A stretch of 64,000 nucleotides of DNA. Origin: Chrysomallon squamiferum (Eukaryota > Animalia > Mollusca). The first letter of the stretch is position 1. Each line of letters starts with the position of its first letter. Positions 28,525-41,090 of this stretch are shown here, piece by piece. Both the position numbers and the translations under genes were made by a program. The notes below the pieces were generated by a model. That model had not been told where the DNA came from, did not search any database, and was given only the letters and a program-made list of their open reading frames with translations. The stretch is taken from contig CM022665.1 in assembly GCA_012295275.1 (NCBI GenBank), forward strand, positions 32,116,001-32,180,000. The letters are read 5' to 3'.

Positions 28525-28614
28525 CTGTATGGTTTCCTGGACGTTGTAGCTGGCGTTGTGTGACAGCGACGCATGCAGGTACATTCCATGACGTTGGCCA
28601 TAACCGTAAGCCAT
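28525..28614 (-). CDS. First coding exon (30 aa, MAYGYGQRHGMYLHASLSHNASYNVQETIQ) of a large minus-strand gene, probably neuron navigator (NAV/unc-53/sickie family); the next constitutive exon lies left of the window
   Basis: ATG with an upstream in-frame TAG, GC/CpG-rich coding-like composition, and a strong phase-0 donor CAG|GTAAGG, followed by about 28 kb of CpG-depleted intron-like DNA. The identity is inferred: NAV first exons splice onto a CH-domain exon starting IYTDWANHYL, and vertebrate NAV2/NAV3 lie head-to-head with E2F8/E2F7. I did not find that CH exon in the window. Confidence 0.6.
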
Positions 28615-29080
28615 GAGCTCTTTTAGCCGCTTGTAGGGCGATAATCCCTAACAGTACTTCTTGTCAACTAAACTGTACACAAATCGTTCTTTGTTTTAAT
28701 CCCACTATTCTTCTTACATCTAAATCCATATTTACCGTTTTTCATCTAACATAACAACAAAAATCTTATGTCTTCACTTTGCCATTCATAAGCAGTTTAT
28801 GAAAGACGCGCGTGCATGACATCGCAAGCAAACTGTTGTTACCGATTTGTAACACACACATGTGTACGCTTGGATCGAAGATGAGTCACTCAGTAGGATA
28901 AAGCATACATTATGATGATTTTTACGAGAGAAAAAAGCGAGAGTTGAAAGCATGCCGCGATCAATTCCCACGCCACTGGAGACGTAATGGTAACAGGTCC
29001 GTTAATTCCCAGCATCGCAAAGTGCACGTGTACGATAGCATTCTTTTGATTTCGTATTTGGAGTTCATCCCGGTGATTAA
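28615..29080 (-). promoter_or_regulatory. CpG-retaining 5' leader/promoter of the minus-strand gene
   Basis: Abrupt rise in CpG. AP-1 TGAGTCA 28882-28888, CSL/Su(H) site CGTGGGAA (minus, 28965-28972), E-box CACGTG near 29025, and two uORFs (28664-28729, 28668-28745). Confidence 0.55.
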
Positions 29081-29184
29081 TTAATTAAATTAGTCATTTC
29101 TAATATTTCGAAATTTCTTATGAGTTTATATTATTAAATATATATTCTGAGCGCTTCAAATGAAAAAATTAAGTAGATTAAGCA

Positions 29185-29246
29185 GACACACACACACACA
29201 CACACACACAAAATCAGACACACACACAGACACATATACATACACA

Positions 29247-29284
<38 letters not shown>
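29185..29284. repeat. Interrupted (CA)n microsatellite cluster in the divergent intergenic region
   Basis: Several CA runs. Confidence 0.9.
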
Positions 29285-29287
<3 letters not shown>

Positions 29288-31122
29288 CCAACAAAACAAA
29301 AGAAACATATAAAGGTCCTGTTACCATTCATCCACTGGCTAAAATTAAATAAATTATTAAATAACCATTAACACTGTGCGCGCACGCAGACACACACACA
29401 AAATAATAATAATCATATTAATAATAATTGTAAAAAAAAAATTGAAATAAAAAAAAATCAATAAAAATATAAAATTATAAATCAAAGTTATATTATTTTG
29501 TATCCAGTACTAAACTCGCCTAATTCTTTAAATATATGTAGTCTATCTGGAAATAATTTAATATTAGTAGATTTACATATACTATAGGTCATTAAACAGT
29601 AGCGTTTTATGTTATGCACTGAATCTACATCTGAAAAATGAAAAATATTTACAATTTCTTAGGCTAGTAATAAAAGTATTAGATTATAAAAAATAAAAAT
29701 AAATAAATAAATAAATAAAAAGATAATAAAGTTTAACGATTTACTGACATAAGGCATCAGATTCAAAGTGCTAAAAACGCTATTTTTATATTAAACATTC
29801 ATGTCCGGACGAACATTTGGCCTGTTGAACAAAACTATTTTTATAGCAGTTACGCACAGTTTCACTCTCTTATCTCAAAAAGTAAAACAGCTTAATTAAA
29901 TGTTTCGGTATGCTACATGATTCTGTTGTTTCAGTTTATTCTTTACTGAGTGTGTAGGAGTCAAGTAGGACTGTTAGGAACTCCTCTTATGGGTTTTTCA
30001 AAGATTTGATTGGTGGTTACTTTCTTGTATACTTTTAGAAGTCTGCTCTCTGTGGTAGCGTCCTTGAAGGTCAGTTTTGACAGAAAAAATAAACGATTAC
30101 TTTTTTTCATCACTTTTGGCAATTTTAAAATGCTTTTTGCTTCACGAATATAATATGTTATGTATTCAATGACAATTAATTTGCAGCTAGGATAGATGAC
30201 CTAGTATTGAATTGTCATCTGAACATTATATTACACATTCATATCATGGTTAGAATATATAATAATAAACTATAACAAGTATATAGTAATGTACAGTATT
30301 AACAATTTATTGTGAATCACAAACTGCACGAGAAGCTAAAAAATCTTTACGATTCTCACATTTTGATTTCATGACTCCTGCGACACTGCAAGAAACCCCA
30401 AATAGTCGCTAAATAGGGATTTTTTTTTTCGGTATATGTAAAATTTATATCCGCTAATATTATAATGTAATTAGTAATACCCGGCAATGATGAAGACATA
30501 CAAATTATATTATAAAGTCAATATAAAGAGTAGTATAATTAAAAGAGGCGCGGAATACAATATTATATTTTATTGGCGTAAATCAGTAACAATTTTGCGG
30601 TATCTTGTTAATTTTTCCATCTTTTTATGTGTTTCATTTCTATTTTTGATAAATAAATAAATAAATAAATAAACCACTATAATAAATAAATACATAAATA
30701 AATAAGTAAATAAAAAAGAAGAAATAATAATAAGAAAAGAAAAAAAGCTCAACAAAGGAACAACGATTATGATATTAAACTCACGTTCGGAGAGTAGGTT
30801 TATTGTTGGATGATTTGTAACAAATACCTGTATTTAGTTCAATATTTATATTGTAAAAACAATTGTCAGAATAACATAAAAAAATATAAAAAAACAAACA
30901 AAAAAAACCGCTATTATATCATTAATAAATTTAAAGAGCTGGAACTGAAATCGTTATATACATTTTTCTTCTTTTTTTATTTAACTTATTTTTATTATCT
31001 CCTATTGTTAGAACACGCTTTCACCACAACTTTTGCAAAAACTACATGTAAAATAAAACCTCTCTCAGTGTAGTAATAAAATATGACAAACGAAACTGAA
31101 ATTAAAAATATATTTATTCATA

Positions 31123-31366
31123 CAGGGGCGGATCTGTTATGAAGCTAATGAAGCTTAAGCTTCAGGGCCACTAACCGAAAAGAGGTCCCATAAGCGACTT
31201 CAGTCCATATTTTAAAAAAAATTAATAAACATCTAAATTGATAAAACCTGTCATGGAACACTGCCATTCAAGAAAATAACAGTGGTCAGCCAGACCTCGT
31301 TGCTGCTTGTGAAGGGCCCCATAATTGTTCAAGCTTCAGGACCCCCAAAATGTTGGTCCGCTACTG
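31123..31366. mobile_element. MITE (CAGGGGCGGATC-type termini) upstream of the E2F7/8 promoter
   Basis: CAGGGGCGGATC ... GGTCCGCTACTG imperfect TIRs; internal repeated AAGCTTCAGG; GC-rich relative to flanks; no clear TSD. Confidence 0.6.
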
Positions 31367-31489
31367 GGTTCGGGTATTTTACAATGTTGTGACTGTGACG
31401 TAAACAAATCTTCAACTGTTTAGCTCGAGGTTCAGCTACAAAAATGAAAAATGCAGATATAAACTCAAACTGTATTCGAAATTGTAAAT

Positions 31490-32008
31490 ATCTGAACTAA
31501 GTTCCCCGCCTAATTTCTTCCCCGAAATTTTCTCTGAAAGCATGTATGAGCTCATTTACAGGTATTTTGTCAACAGTCGTTTCGGTTTACGCGATGCAAA
31601 AAGCTTATGCGTTATCTACCACGTGATTACTTTCGTTCAGACATGTTTCCCTCGCAACCTACAAATCGTTGTTTACATTTTGGTTTGGACTTGTTATTAA
31701 CCTTTGATCCTCAACGAAATCTTCAAGCTGATTGGTCTATTTGATTGCCGTATGTCAATCACTGTTAATTTTAAAAATTCGATTGGTTTATTCTTTTTTT
31801 GTAGGCTGGGTCTTAGTAACCATTACCTGGAATGTCGCGCCAAATAGTATCATGACAGAATGGATTTTGTATCAAACGAGTAGTACGTTGACTAAGCGAA
31901 GTAATGTAGCTTTTACCCAAGTTACCTTTTATTTTCTAAAATAGCAATTTATATATAAATAAGAAGATTATGATAATATAAACGATAAGTAACAATAGCA
32001 GACGAAAG
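31490..32008 (+). promoter_or_regulatory. E2F7/8 distal promoter and candidate non-coding first exon 1a
   Basis: TTCCCCGCC at about 31502, inverted CCAAT boxes (GATTGG at about 31730 and 31781), canonical E2F site TTTGGCGC (minus, 31837-31844), donor AAG|GTATGT at 32008. The acceptor at 33246 precedes the ATG by 2 nt, so a non-coding first exon is required. Confidence 0.55.
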
Positions 32009-32519
32009 GTATGTATATTACATTATGTTGTGGTTAAACATTAAATTCCTGTCATTCATTTCGCCAACTACACAAACATTTATAAAAGTTTAGGGAGATA
32101 GTACTGAAACCTAAATAAACATATAACACAAATTTATGTGTAAACAGTAGCAACAACTAGAAATAATACATTTTAGTACATCATACATGGTATATTTATT
32201 TATTCTTTTATTAGTGGACATTCTGAAAATTTAATATTTTCTGTATTACGACATTGATTAGTCTTTATTAGTAGTATTATTATTATTCGTCTTAATGTGT
32301 GTAAACTGACAGTAAGTCAAAGTTAGGAAGTAAATTACATTATTGTTCAATTTTATGTCATTGTCACGTTGTTTAGAAATCAGTGTACATACAGTTACAG
32401 AATCAGTTTCTGATACAGTTTTTTTTTTTTACAAGTGTTTAAAATTCAAAATAAATATACACATCAAAGAAAACAATACCCAAACCAAAAAAACTCATTA
32501 ATTATTTAATTTAGTGCTA

Positions 32520-32907
32520 CAAATATCATTTGAATCGCATCGTATTTTGCGCGCATCTATTTATTTATTTAATTTATACAGCTTCTGCCTAATAGGGCCC
32601 AGTGGGTCACGATCACGCGCCAATTTTGAACGTGCAGTACAGACGAGTCGAATAACGCGGAAAAATATTTCTGTGAATAATTTGCGTAAGTATTCTTGGT
32701 AGGTACGCGATAGTTGTAATCTGTAATAAATTTATCACTAATAAATTCTGAAAATATGTCATAGTTAAAAAGCATAAGGTTTTGTGCAAAATCAGATTAC
32801 GCTAATTAGTTGAAACATCAGTCGTCGTATGATTGTAACTTTGAGTATCGATCAGACATGAAGTTCACCAGCAGACGTTCAATTAACTTCTGTTTTGAAT
32901 GAATCAG
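32520..32907 (+). promoter_or_regulatory. E2F7/8 proximal promoter and candidate non-coding first exon 1b
   Basis: E2F-like sites TTTTGCGCGC (about 32545), CGCGCCAA (32616-32623) abutting CHR-like TTTGAA (32625-32630), and CGCGGAAAA (32656-32664); Inr-like TCAGTC near 32818; donor CAG|GTAATT at 32907. Confidence 0.5.
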
Positions 32908-33248
32908 GTAATTGATTAAAATTAAATATTTTAAACTGAGATGCAAACAAAAACAATAATATTGTTTTATATAATATTTATAAAGAAATTAAAACCAGAT
33001 CTTTTACACAGCTTTTTAAAATTATTATTATTATTTATTTTAATTAAAATACGGCAAGTCAAATTATTTCTTTTGTTGCTAATATTTAAGTAGGCCTATT
33101 GTTGTTTTGAAATAGTTGCTGTCTAATTAGAAATGTGTTCTAAGTGTTATCTAAATACAGTATTTTATAATACTATTTTCCCTCATTTTTCATATAATTT
33201 TATTTAGACCAGTATATATATTTCATTTTTTGAAAAATATTTTCAGAA

Positions 33249-36200
33249 ATGGCATTAACTGCAGATAATTTTTCTCCTAAACTTCATTCATCTATATCAG
33301 ATGATGAAGAAAGTGACTGTGATCCAAAATTAGATCATCGAATACCATTTAGTGAAAATATGGGGTACAGTGAAATACATGTTAAAAGTACGGACAAAGA
33401 TCTTATTTTGCAAAATAACAGATTATTGAAGAGTATAAATAAAGAAAATAATGAAAATGCAACAGCAATAACTGGACTGAAAACAAGACTGATAGTTGAA
33501 AGAGATGTTTTTGGACAAAATAATGACAGCCGACCAGTGACCCCAACAAATTTTGGAAATTCATGCAGTGATGAAGCACCACTGACACCTACAGCTAATT
33601 TGAAAATGTTGTTTAGTGCTGTCAGCCCAGAAATCAGAAAAATGCAAAATCAGATGGCGACTAATCAGCAAGAGGTTAAAATGCAAGAGTCTAATGATTT
33701 TGATTTTGAAATACTTGGTTCTTCACAAGAAAGTGACAATGGAAAGACCTCAACAAATTCAAGAAAAGAGAAATCTCTTGGTTTACTCTGCAAGAAGTAA
33801 TAATAATTTTCATTATTATTTTTGGTTTTCATATTTATTATTTATTTTATTGGACTAAATATAGTATTTTCTTCAGATATTTAAAGGTAAACATTTTAGT
33901 TATATATATTTGAATGTACAAATATTAAAGAAAACGTTTCTTGTATAACAAAACATTTAATTATCATGTTGTATCTTTGAACCTAGAAGGAGTAGTTCAC
34001 TTCTTAAAAAAGAAACTTCAGATTTGAACATTTTAAAAATGTTGTTGTTTCTTTAAAATATTTATATTTTTACAATAATAATTGTTTAAAATTTCAGATT
34101 TTTGTCCAAATATCCTGCCTTCCCAAAACAAAACGAAATAATTGAAATGTCCCTGGATGAGGTTGCTAAAGAACTGAGTAAGATTAATAAACATTTTAAA
34201 TTAATCTTGTGAAGATGTAATTAGAATTAAAAATGACAGGTATATTGTGTCAGAAATAAAGTTATCTGATTTGAAAGAGCAAAAGCTTTTTGATTATTAG
34301 CAGTATAAAAATTTAGAATTATGTGTGTTTCTATTGCTAAAATTGTTTTTCATTTTTAAATAGATGTTGAGCGACGAAGAATTTATGACATAGTTAATGT
34401 GCTGGAAAGTGTAGAAATTGTGAGTAGAGTTGCCAAGAATAGATATGCCTGGCATGGTAGAACAAATCTGGTGACAACCTTAGCCAAACTAAAGGTACAG
34501 TGAACTAATTTATAAGTAAATAATTAACAAAATTTAAATTTGTGCTCCTTCTAAAAATGGTTAAACTCACCCCCCCAAAAAAAAACCTCTGGTTTTTTGT
34601 TTGGTGCATTTTATTAAAAGTGATATGAATAAGTATTTAATTCAGTACAATTTATAATATTAAAAAGTATGTAAATTTTCTTTTTTTATACTGGTAGACC
34701 AAAAAAAAAGTCATTTTTAAAACTACAACTAGCTTATATTTTCTGTGAGTTTTATTTATATATTTCAAGGATTATGCTATTGCTAACATAATAAAGCAGG
34801 AAAGAAGGTTGGATCTTTCAACTTTAATGCTCAGTGTTATGATTGTTCTGTTACAATATCAAGTTTATATTGTGACATAAAGTTAAGAATCAAAACTAAT
34901 ATAAAACCATTTTATGTTTGTATGAAGAATTTTTTTAAAAATGGTATCAGTGTTAATATAGCAACTTTTCTAATTCTGGTTCTTAATGCTACATTTCTTT
35001 TCAGCAAATCATAATTATTTCTTGTTCTGTTTTGTTTTTCCTTTATGATGTTCATCAAAAGAATATGACATATATTTTCGTAGGCACTAGCTGAAAAGGA
35101 AGGATTTGCAGAACAGATAAAAAAATTAAAAGAACAAGAATTGAATCGTGATTTAGATGTGACTAATAATGGGTCTAAGTCTTCAAAGGAATCAGTGGAT
35201 AAAGGTTTGTATTAGAGAAATTCCAAAACAAATAACAAATTTCATTAAGTTTTCATATATAACATAGTTGCAAAATAATTACTGCAGGCACATTTTATTA
35301 TTATTATTATTATTATTATTTATTTATTTTTATTTTTTTGCTTGAACAAGTCTTTAAATTTTATTGATTTTAACTGAAGAACATTATGCAACAAACAGAA
35401 TAATTTAAAAGTTCCTATTATTAAAGGTATTTTTCTTCTTTCTTTTTTCTCCTTGCAAAGCTTCTTTAGTGAGAAAGGAGAGATCATTAGGAATCATGAG
35501 TCAGAAATTTCTGATGCTTTTTCTTGTCTCCAAACCCAGAACAGTGAACCTTGATCTGTCAGCAAAGCTTTTGATAGGTGATCATAATATTGACAAAACT
35601 GAAACTTCTAAATTTAAAAGTAAGTAAATGCACTTCACTTATTTGTATGTAAGGAAAAATAATTGGCTCCTACAAATGGATTGTGCATGAACTTACTGGC
35701 AAATATGGTATGTTATTATTACATTCTATTTCTTAAAAAGAACTAGTTTATATTAATAAAGATGGTCATGAGATGGTGATCTTAAGTTAAATTTTAAAAG
35801 TATTCTAAAATGAACAGACTGGTTTGTTATTATATGAAGTTAATGTCCAGATTAAGATAATACAGTTCCTATGAATAAAAAAATCAATACCAGATGCTCA
35901 ATTTATTTATTTATTTATTTTATTTCAGATGGGACAAATTATTTGTTTGTAGTGTTTAATCTTTTTTGTTTTAACCAAAATCATATTTCTATTATTTTGG
36001 TTAAAACAAAAAAGATATATCTGTATGTAGCTAAATCTATCTATCTATCTTATCTATCTCTATATCTCTACATCTATATCTATATATCTATACATATAAT
36101 TTCAGCTAAAATCAGGCGATTATACGATATTGCCAACATTCTTACAAGTCTAGAACTAATCTGCAAAATTCATGTGACAGAAACCAGGGGACGTAAGCCT

Positions 36201-39001
36201 GCATTTAAATACATTGGTCCTGATGTGGATAATGTGCAAATTGAAGATTTAAGTTGTAAGTATACATACAGTTTTCATCATTAGAAATTTATTATTATTA
36301 TAATTGTTTTCTTTAACACTTTTTCTTTTTTGCATTATAAAAATATTTCTATCTCATACTTTTTTCTTTTTTTTTTGTCTTCTAAATTACAGTTTGTTGT
36401 AGTGATGGTTGTCACAGACCCAGTTCTCGACATTCAATGCTAGACTGTGTGAAAAATACAGACAACAGTAGGTTAAATTAAATAATTAATATTTAAAAAC
36501 AGTTTTAAACTAACAGTATTAATTTTACATATAGTTTGGTCCAAAATTGGTTAGATAATCTAATACAATTACGTAACTTAGAAATATTTGTTAAGTACTA
36601 TTAGATAATAAGTGAACTTAAGATCCACTGAAATTTGTTTGGAATGAGTTTACAGGAATTGTTAATTATGCTTTTTTTCTGGTTTTCTGAAAACATTTTA
36701 AGTTCATAATCTTTTCTTAATATATTATCTGAAAATTAGCAAATATTTTTCATTAAAATATATGCTACAGAAATAGTTTAAAAGTAAAACCCATACTCTG
36801 TTTAATTAAATTAAAAGAGCACAGGTAGCTTAGGTGTTATTTCTTTGACATATAGTTGTTACTATGATGCTTTGTCACCAGTTTTCTGAAATTTCATTTC
36901 AGTGATTGGTTTGGTTTCATCAGTTCCTTCTGTTCAGCCTGCTCATATTCAGAAGATTCCTGTACCATTTTCAAGTGGGTTATTTCATTTCAGTTTTTCA
37001 TAATTAACTGGTTAGAAGAAAATTGCCTGATAATCTTTACTCATTGGCAAAAATAAATATCGTCGGATTCTCTGAAAGAAATGAAATTTTTAAAAAGTCC
37101 TTATTGTACAGAATGTGTTTTTATTAAATGTTGTATTACATTAGATCAAAATTGAAAACACTGAAACTTCAGAGTTCTGGTTATGTATTTTCAGAAGAAA
37201 AAATGCATCAGAAAAAAAGCAAACAGGAATCAAAAAGCAAATTTTCTCGACATGCCTCTTTTGAACAAATCTGTAAAGTGGCAGAAAGTGAAAGATCTAA
37301 ACTTTATGGATGTTCTTCTGAACCATCAAGTCCTGTCAAAAAACTTAGCTTTGATGGTGAGCTTTTCATAATAATATTCATTACACCTTTGTATTTTTGT
37401 TAGTATATCTTAATCTAAGCAGTTTTCCTATATTTAATAGTTAAAAATATACATGCACTGAATAGTCAACTGACAGAACCTTTTGCCAACTGTTCAGAAC
37501 AATTGGCTTAGAAGTCTTATCTAAAGTGAGGTTTAAGGGTTCTGCTACATTTTCATTACATACATTCTTACAAATCTTAAAATATTATTAATATTATTAT
37601 TATTATTATTATTTATTATTTTATTTTGTTTTTGTTTTTGTTCATCAGTTGAACATATATACATTAATTTTTTACTTAGATACAATAAATGATGGCTCAG
37701 TTGAAAATAAGAAAAAAGATACTTCAAAAGTAAAGCCATGGAAACCTTACTTGATCATGGGGCAGAATACTCATCTGACTCTTATCCAAGAAAACCGAGG
37801 TAGAGATTCTTGCTTTGTTCACAAGATGCCTGTCCACATTATTCAAAAAACTGCTGAAGGAATAAAACACAAGACAAACAGTGTTGTTGTTAAGTCAAAA
37901 GCTAATGGCAATAATGCTGCAAATATCAAACATCCAGCAATGATTCCTTTGACTGAAAAACAGATAGATGCTGTTTTAAAATCTTTGCAGAACCCTGTTG
38001 TTGCAAAAGACAATTTGATAGATGCAGCAACACAATCTTCTCCCGAAATCCATGCATCAAAGCCAGAAACTCCTGTAGATGATGGACGAGCAGCATCACC
38101 TGAATGTACTTTGGCAGCAGTAAATGAAACTACACCTCAGCCTTTCCTTCTTGATCAGATAAAAGATGCCAAAAGATTTGCAAGGTGTTTCAGTGAAAAA
38201 GAGGTACCTGAAAAAAAGATCAGAGTGGATTTTCCAACACCACCTTCTTCATCAGAAAGAGAATCACCTGAAGAAAGTTTTGCTGTAACACCAGGAGAAA
38301 TATTAGAGATTAACAAAACATCCACAAACAAGCAGCAAAAACATAATGGAATTAAAGGTTCAAGAGTTTTACATTTTACACCAGAGACAACCAGTTCTCC
38401 TGCAAAAAACTGCATTGCATCTGAACAGGATATGGCTACTGTGCTTGCTGAGGATTTACACTCTACCAATAGCCAGCAAGTAGCACTGCAGAAAGTTTGT
38501 GTTCATCTGCCTAGTAAACCAAAACCAGTATATCGTACTTGTATATCAGGTCCTCAGGAAAAAAGACCCAAAATAATTTATCAACAAACCCGAAGCTCAA
38601 AAACTCCAGTAACACCCAATGGGAAACTATTCAGTGTAGCGATGCCTATGGCATTCAGTCCACCTCTTACACCAAAGGAAATGAAAGCTAGTCCTGAGTT
38701 TTCATTTTCACCTTCAGCCACATCTTTGCCATCTGTTCCTCAACAGGACAGCCAAACTAATTTGGAATCCATGTCTCCAGTCACGTTACATTCTTCAGCA
38801 TTATTGTCACCCATTATGGAATCATCACAGCCAGATGTTCATTTAACTGTGCCTATGGAAGAGCAAGTAGCCACATTTTCAAATTCTGCAGTTACATGTG
38901 TTTCCACCATTCCAAACAACACTATCATGTATTCCACAGTGGCTCAGAAATCAAAGAATGCTATTAGAAAGTTGTCAATGGTTGATGTGAATGTTATATG
39001 A
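33249..39001 (+). CDS. E2F7/8: Atypical E2F transcriptional repressor E2F7/E2F8-like, 939 aa; coding exons 33249-33796, 34098-34177, 34364-34494, 35084-35204, 35461-35619, 36106-36255, 36393-36467, 36903-36974, 37195-37356, 37680-39001
   Basis: All introns are GT-AG with compatible phases, and the exon lengths sum to 2820 nt. N-terminal E2F7/8 motif [21 protein letters not shown]1: [15 protein letters not shown]...[44 protein letters not shown]2: [20 protein letters not shown]...[19 protein letters not shown]...[12 protein letters not shown]. Two DBDs with no DP-dimerisation domain define the atypical E2Fs. The small exons 36393-36467 and 36903-36974 are supported only by splice sites and phase. 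Confidence 0.96.
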
Positions 39002-40480
39002 CAGAAATAAGGCATTAAATACCAATATTACTATATATGTGGCCTATTCCTACAAATACTTTGATATATATGCTTTTAAATGAGTTGCATATATTTTTTT
39101 GGATTGTTTTTTTTTGTTGTTTTTTTTAATTGTCTACAATACTTCAGTTAAACCCTGAATTGAGTATAAAATACTTTGTAGATGATTTGGTATATGGAAT
39201 GTTTTTTTTGTTTGTTTGTTTTTTGTTTTTAAAAAATGTAATCATATATGGCAAAAAGCACTGCTTACTATTTAAAATGGTTTCATTTCACTTCAAATCT
39301 TATGTTAAATGATGAATTTTATCTTGGTGCTGATATTAATTATATGTGTAATTTAACTACAAATGAAAATGAAAAAAGAAAACCAAAAACCTTCCTTATT
39401 TACTTTGTAGGAATGGGTTATACATATATTTAATGAATTGTTTAATGCTCGAAATATTTACATTTTATAGCAGAAAAAATAAGTTTTTAGTTTAGCTGAA
39501 TATAGCAATTGATGCCATTTTTATCATTATGATGAAATAATTCTTTTAGCTTATATATTTTAGCCTTTCATAGTAAGTTTATATTGGTGCACTTAGAAAT
39601 ATAGTTAAAAAAAATGAAATAATAGTAATAATAATATTATAATAAAATGCTATTAGTGCATGTTTATTTTGTAAAGTGTATAAATTGTTAAACTTTCTGT
39701 TATTATTTTTGAATACAAGGTATTCCTGTTACTTATCTTGCATGAAACCAAAACAGAAGGGTTGTAATTGTTAATTTTTATTATCTGCAGAAAATGCACA
39801 AATTGTTTTAATAATTTTGTTGCTCTGGATTTTTTCCATTTTAATATTTTGTTATGAGTTTTAAGTTATAATCAGTGTTCTTTCCATTTACTGATTTCAC
39901 ATTCAGTGTGATCTCAATATAGCTCAACAAAAAACACACCTGAAAAGAAGTCAAATGAAATTGTATGTGGATATTTAATGCTGAGTTAGTTAATTAATCT
40001 CAGGTTAAATGTGTGAACATGCAGATGTAAATAGAAAACTTGTTAAAATATAATAATTAAGTATTCAGAATAACATTTCATAATAATATTTATTGAATAC
40101 TGCTTATTTATGCAGTATTTTGTTTGTTATATTTTAACTGTTATTTTTTATTTTTTTTTGTATGATTATGCCATTACAGCATTACCCGTAAGTTCAATGA
40201 ATTGTTAAAATGAAATCATTATTTTGCATCATACTGTATGTAAGTTGTAAAATATTAACTGTACTAATGGTGGTGATGGTATTATACCTTTATAGAAAAA
40301 CTCAGATTTGTTTTAAAAATATCAATAATAACAGGATTTACTGTGTCACCATGAGATTGATTATCTTCATTTTTGTTCTTCACTTTTAGTACTGATGTAA
40401 TTTTGGTTTTGCAATGTAGGCCTACTTTCACACTAACACATACTGTAGGCAGTATTTTTGATGTAAATTTTTCATTAATG

Positions 40481-41090
40481 TTAATTTTTAATATTAGAAT
40501 TTTACTAAAAATTAATGAAATCTAAGTAAACATATAAAATTTAAATAGAAAGTAATGACATGCTATTTATTGTGTATTTATTGTTAACTTTTCATAGATT
40601 CCGTGTTGTTTAAATTAACCTTTCATAGTTATTTCTTTTCCTATCATCTTGATAGCAGGAGATATTGAAATGTTGATTACTAATATAAAAAAAATATACA
40701 TTAATTTTTAATATTAGAAGTTTGCTAAAAATTAATGAAATCTAAGTATACATATAAAATTTAAATAGAAAGTAATGTCATGCCATTTGTGCATTTATTG
40801 TTAACTTTTCATACATATCCTGTGTTGTTTAAATTAACCTTTCATGTTTATTTCTTTTCCTGTCTTGATAGTAGGAGATATTGAAATGTTGATTACTAAT
40901 CTAAAAAACTACTTTAATTTTTAATATTGGAAATTTACAAAAAATTAATGAAATCTAAGTATACATATAAAATTTAAATAGAAAGTAATGTTATGCCATT
41001 TATTGTGTATTTATTGTTAACTGTTCATACATAGCCTCTGTTTAAATTACTTGTTTATTTCTTTTCCTATCTTTTTGATAGCTGGAGGTA
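40481..41090. repeat. Three tandem copies of a 213-220 bp AT-rich unit downstream of the E2F7/8 stop
   Basis: TTAATTTTTAATATT...AAAATTAATGAAATCTAAGT begins at 40481, 40701 and about 40914; the third copy is truncated. Confidence 0.9.

Noticed and set aside
35871-36105. N-terminal part of the 137-aa ORF
   Set aside because: Intronic read-through; the real exon starts at the acceptor at 36106. The same applies to 37128-37194, 37649-37679 and 63053-63186.
38155-38469. 104-aa minus-strand ORF
   Set aside because: Antisense shadow of the last E2F7/8 exon; the same applies to 33403-33588, 50148-50414, 50726-50956, 62679-62921 and 63217-63465.
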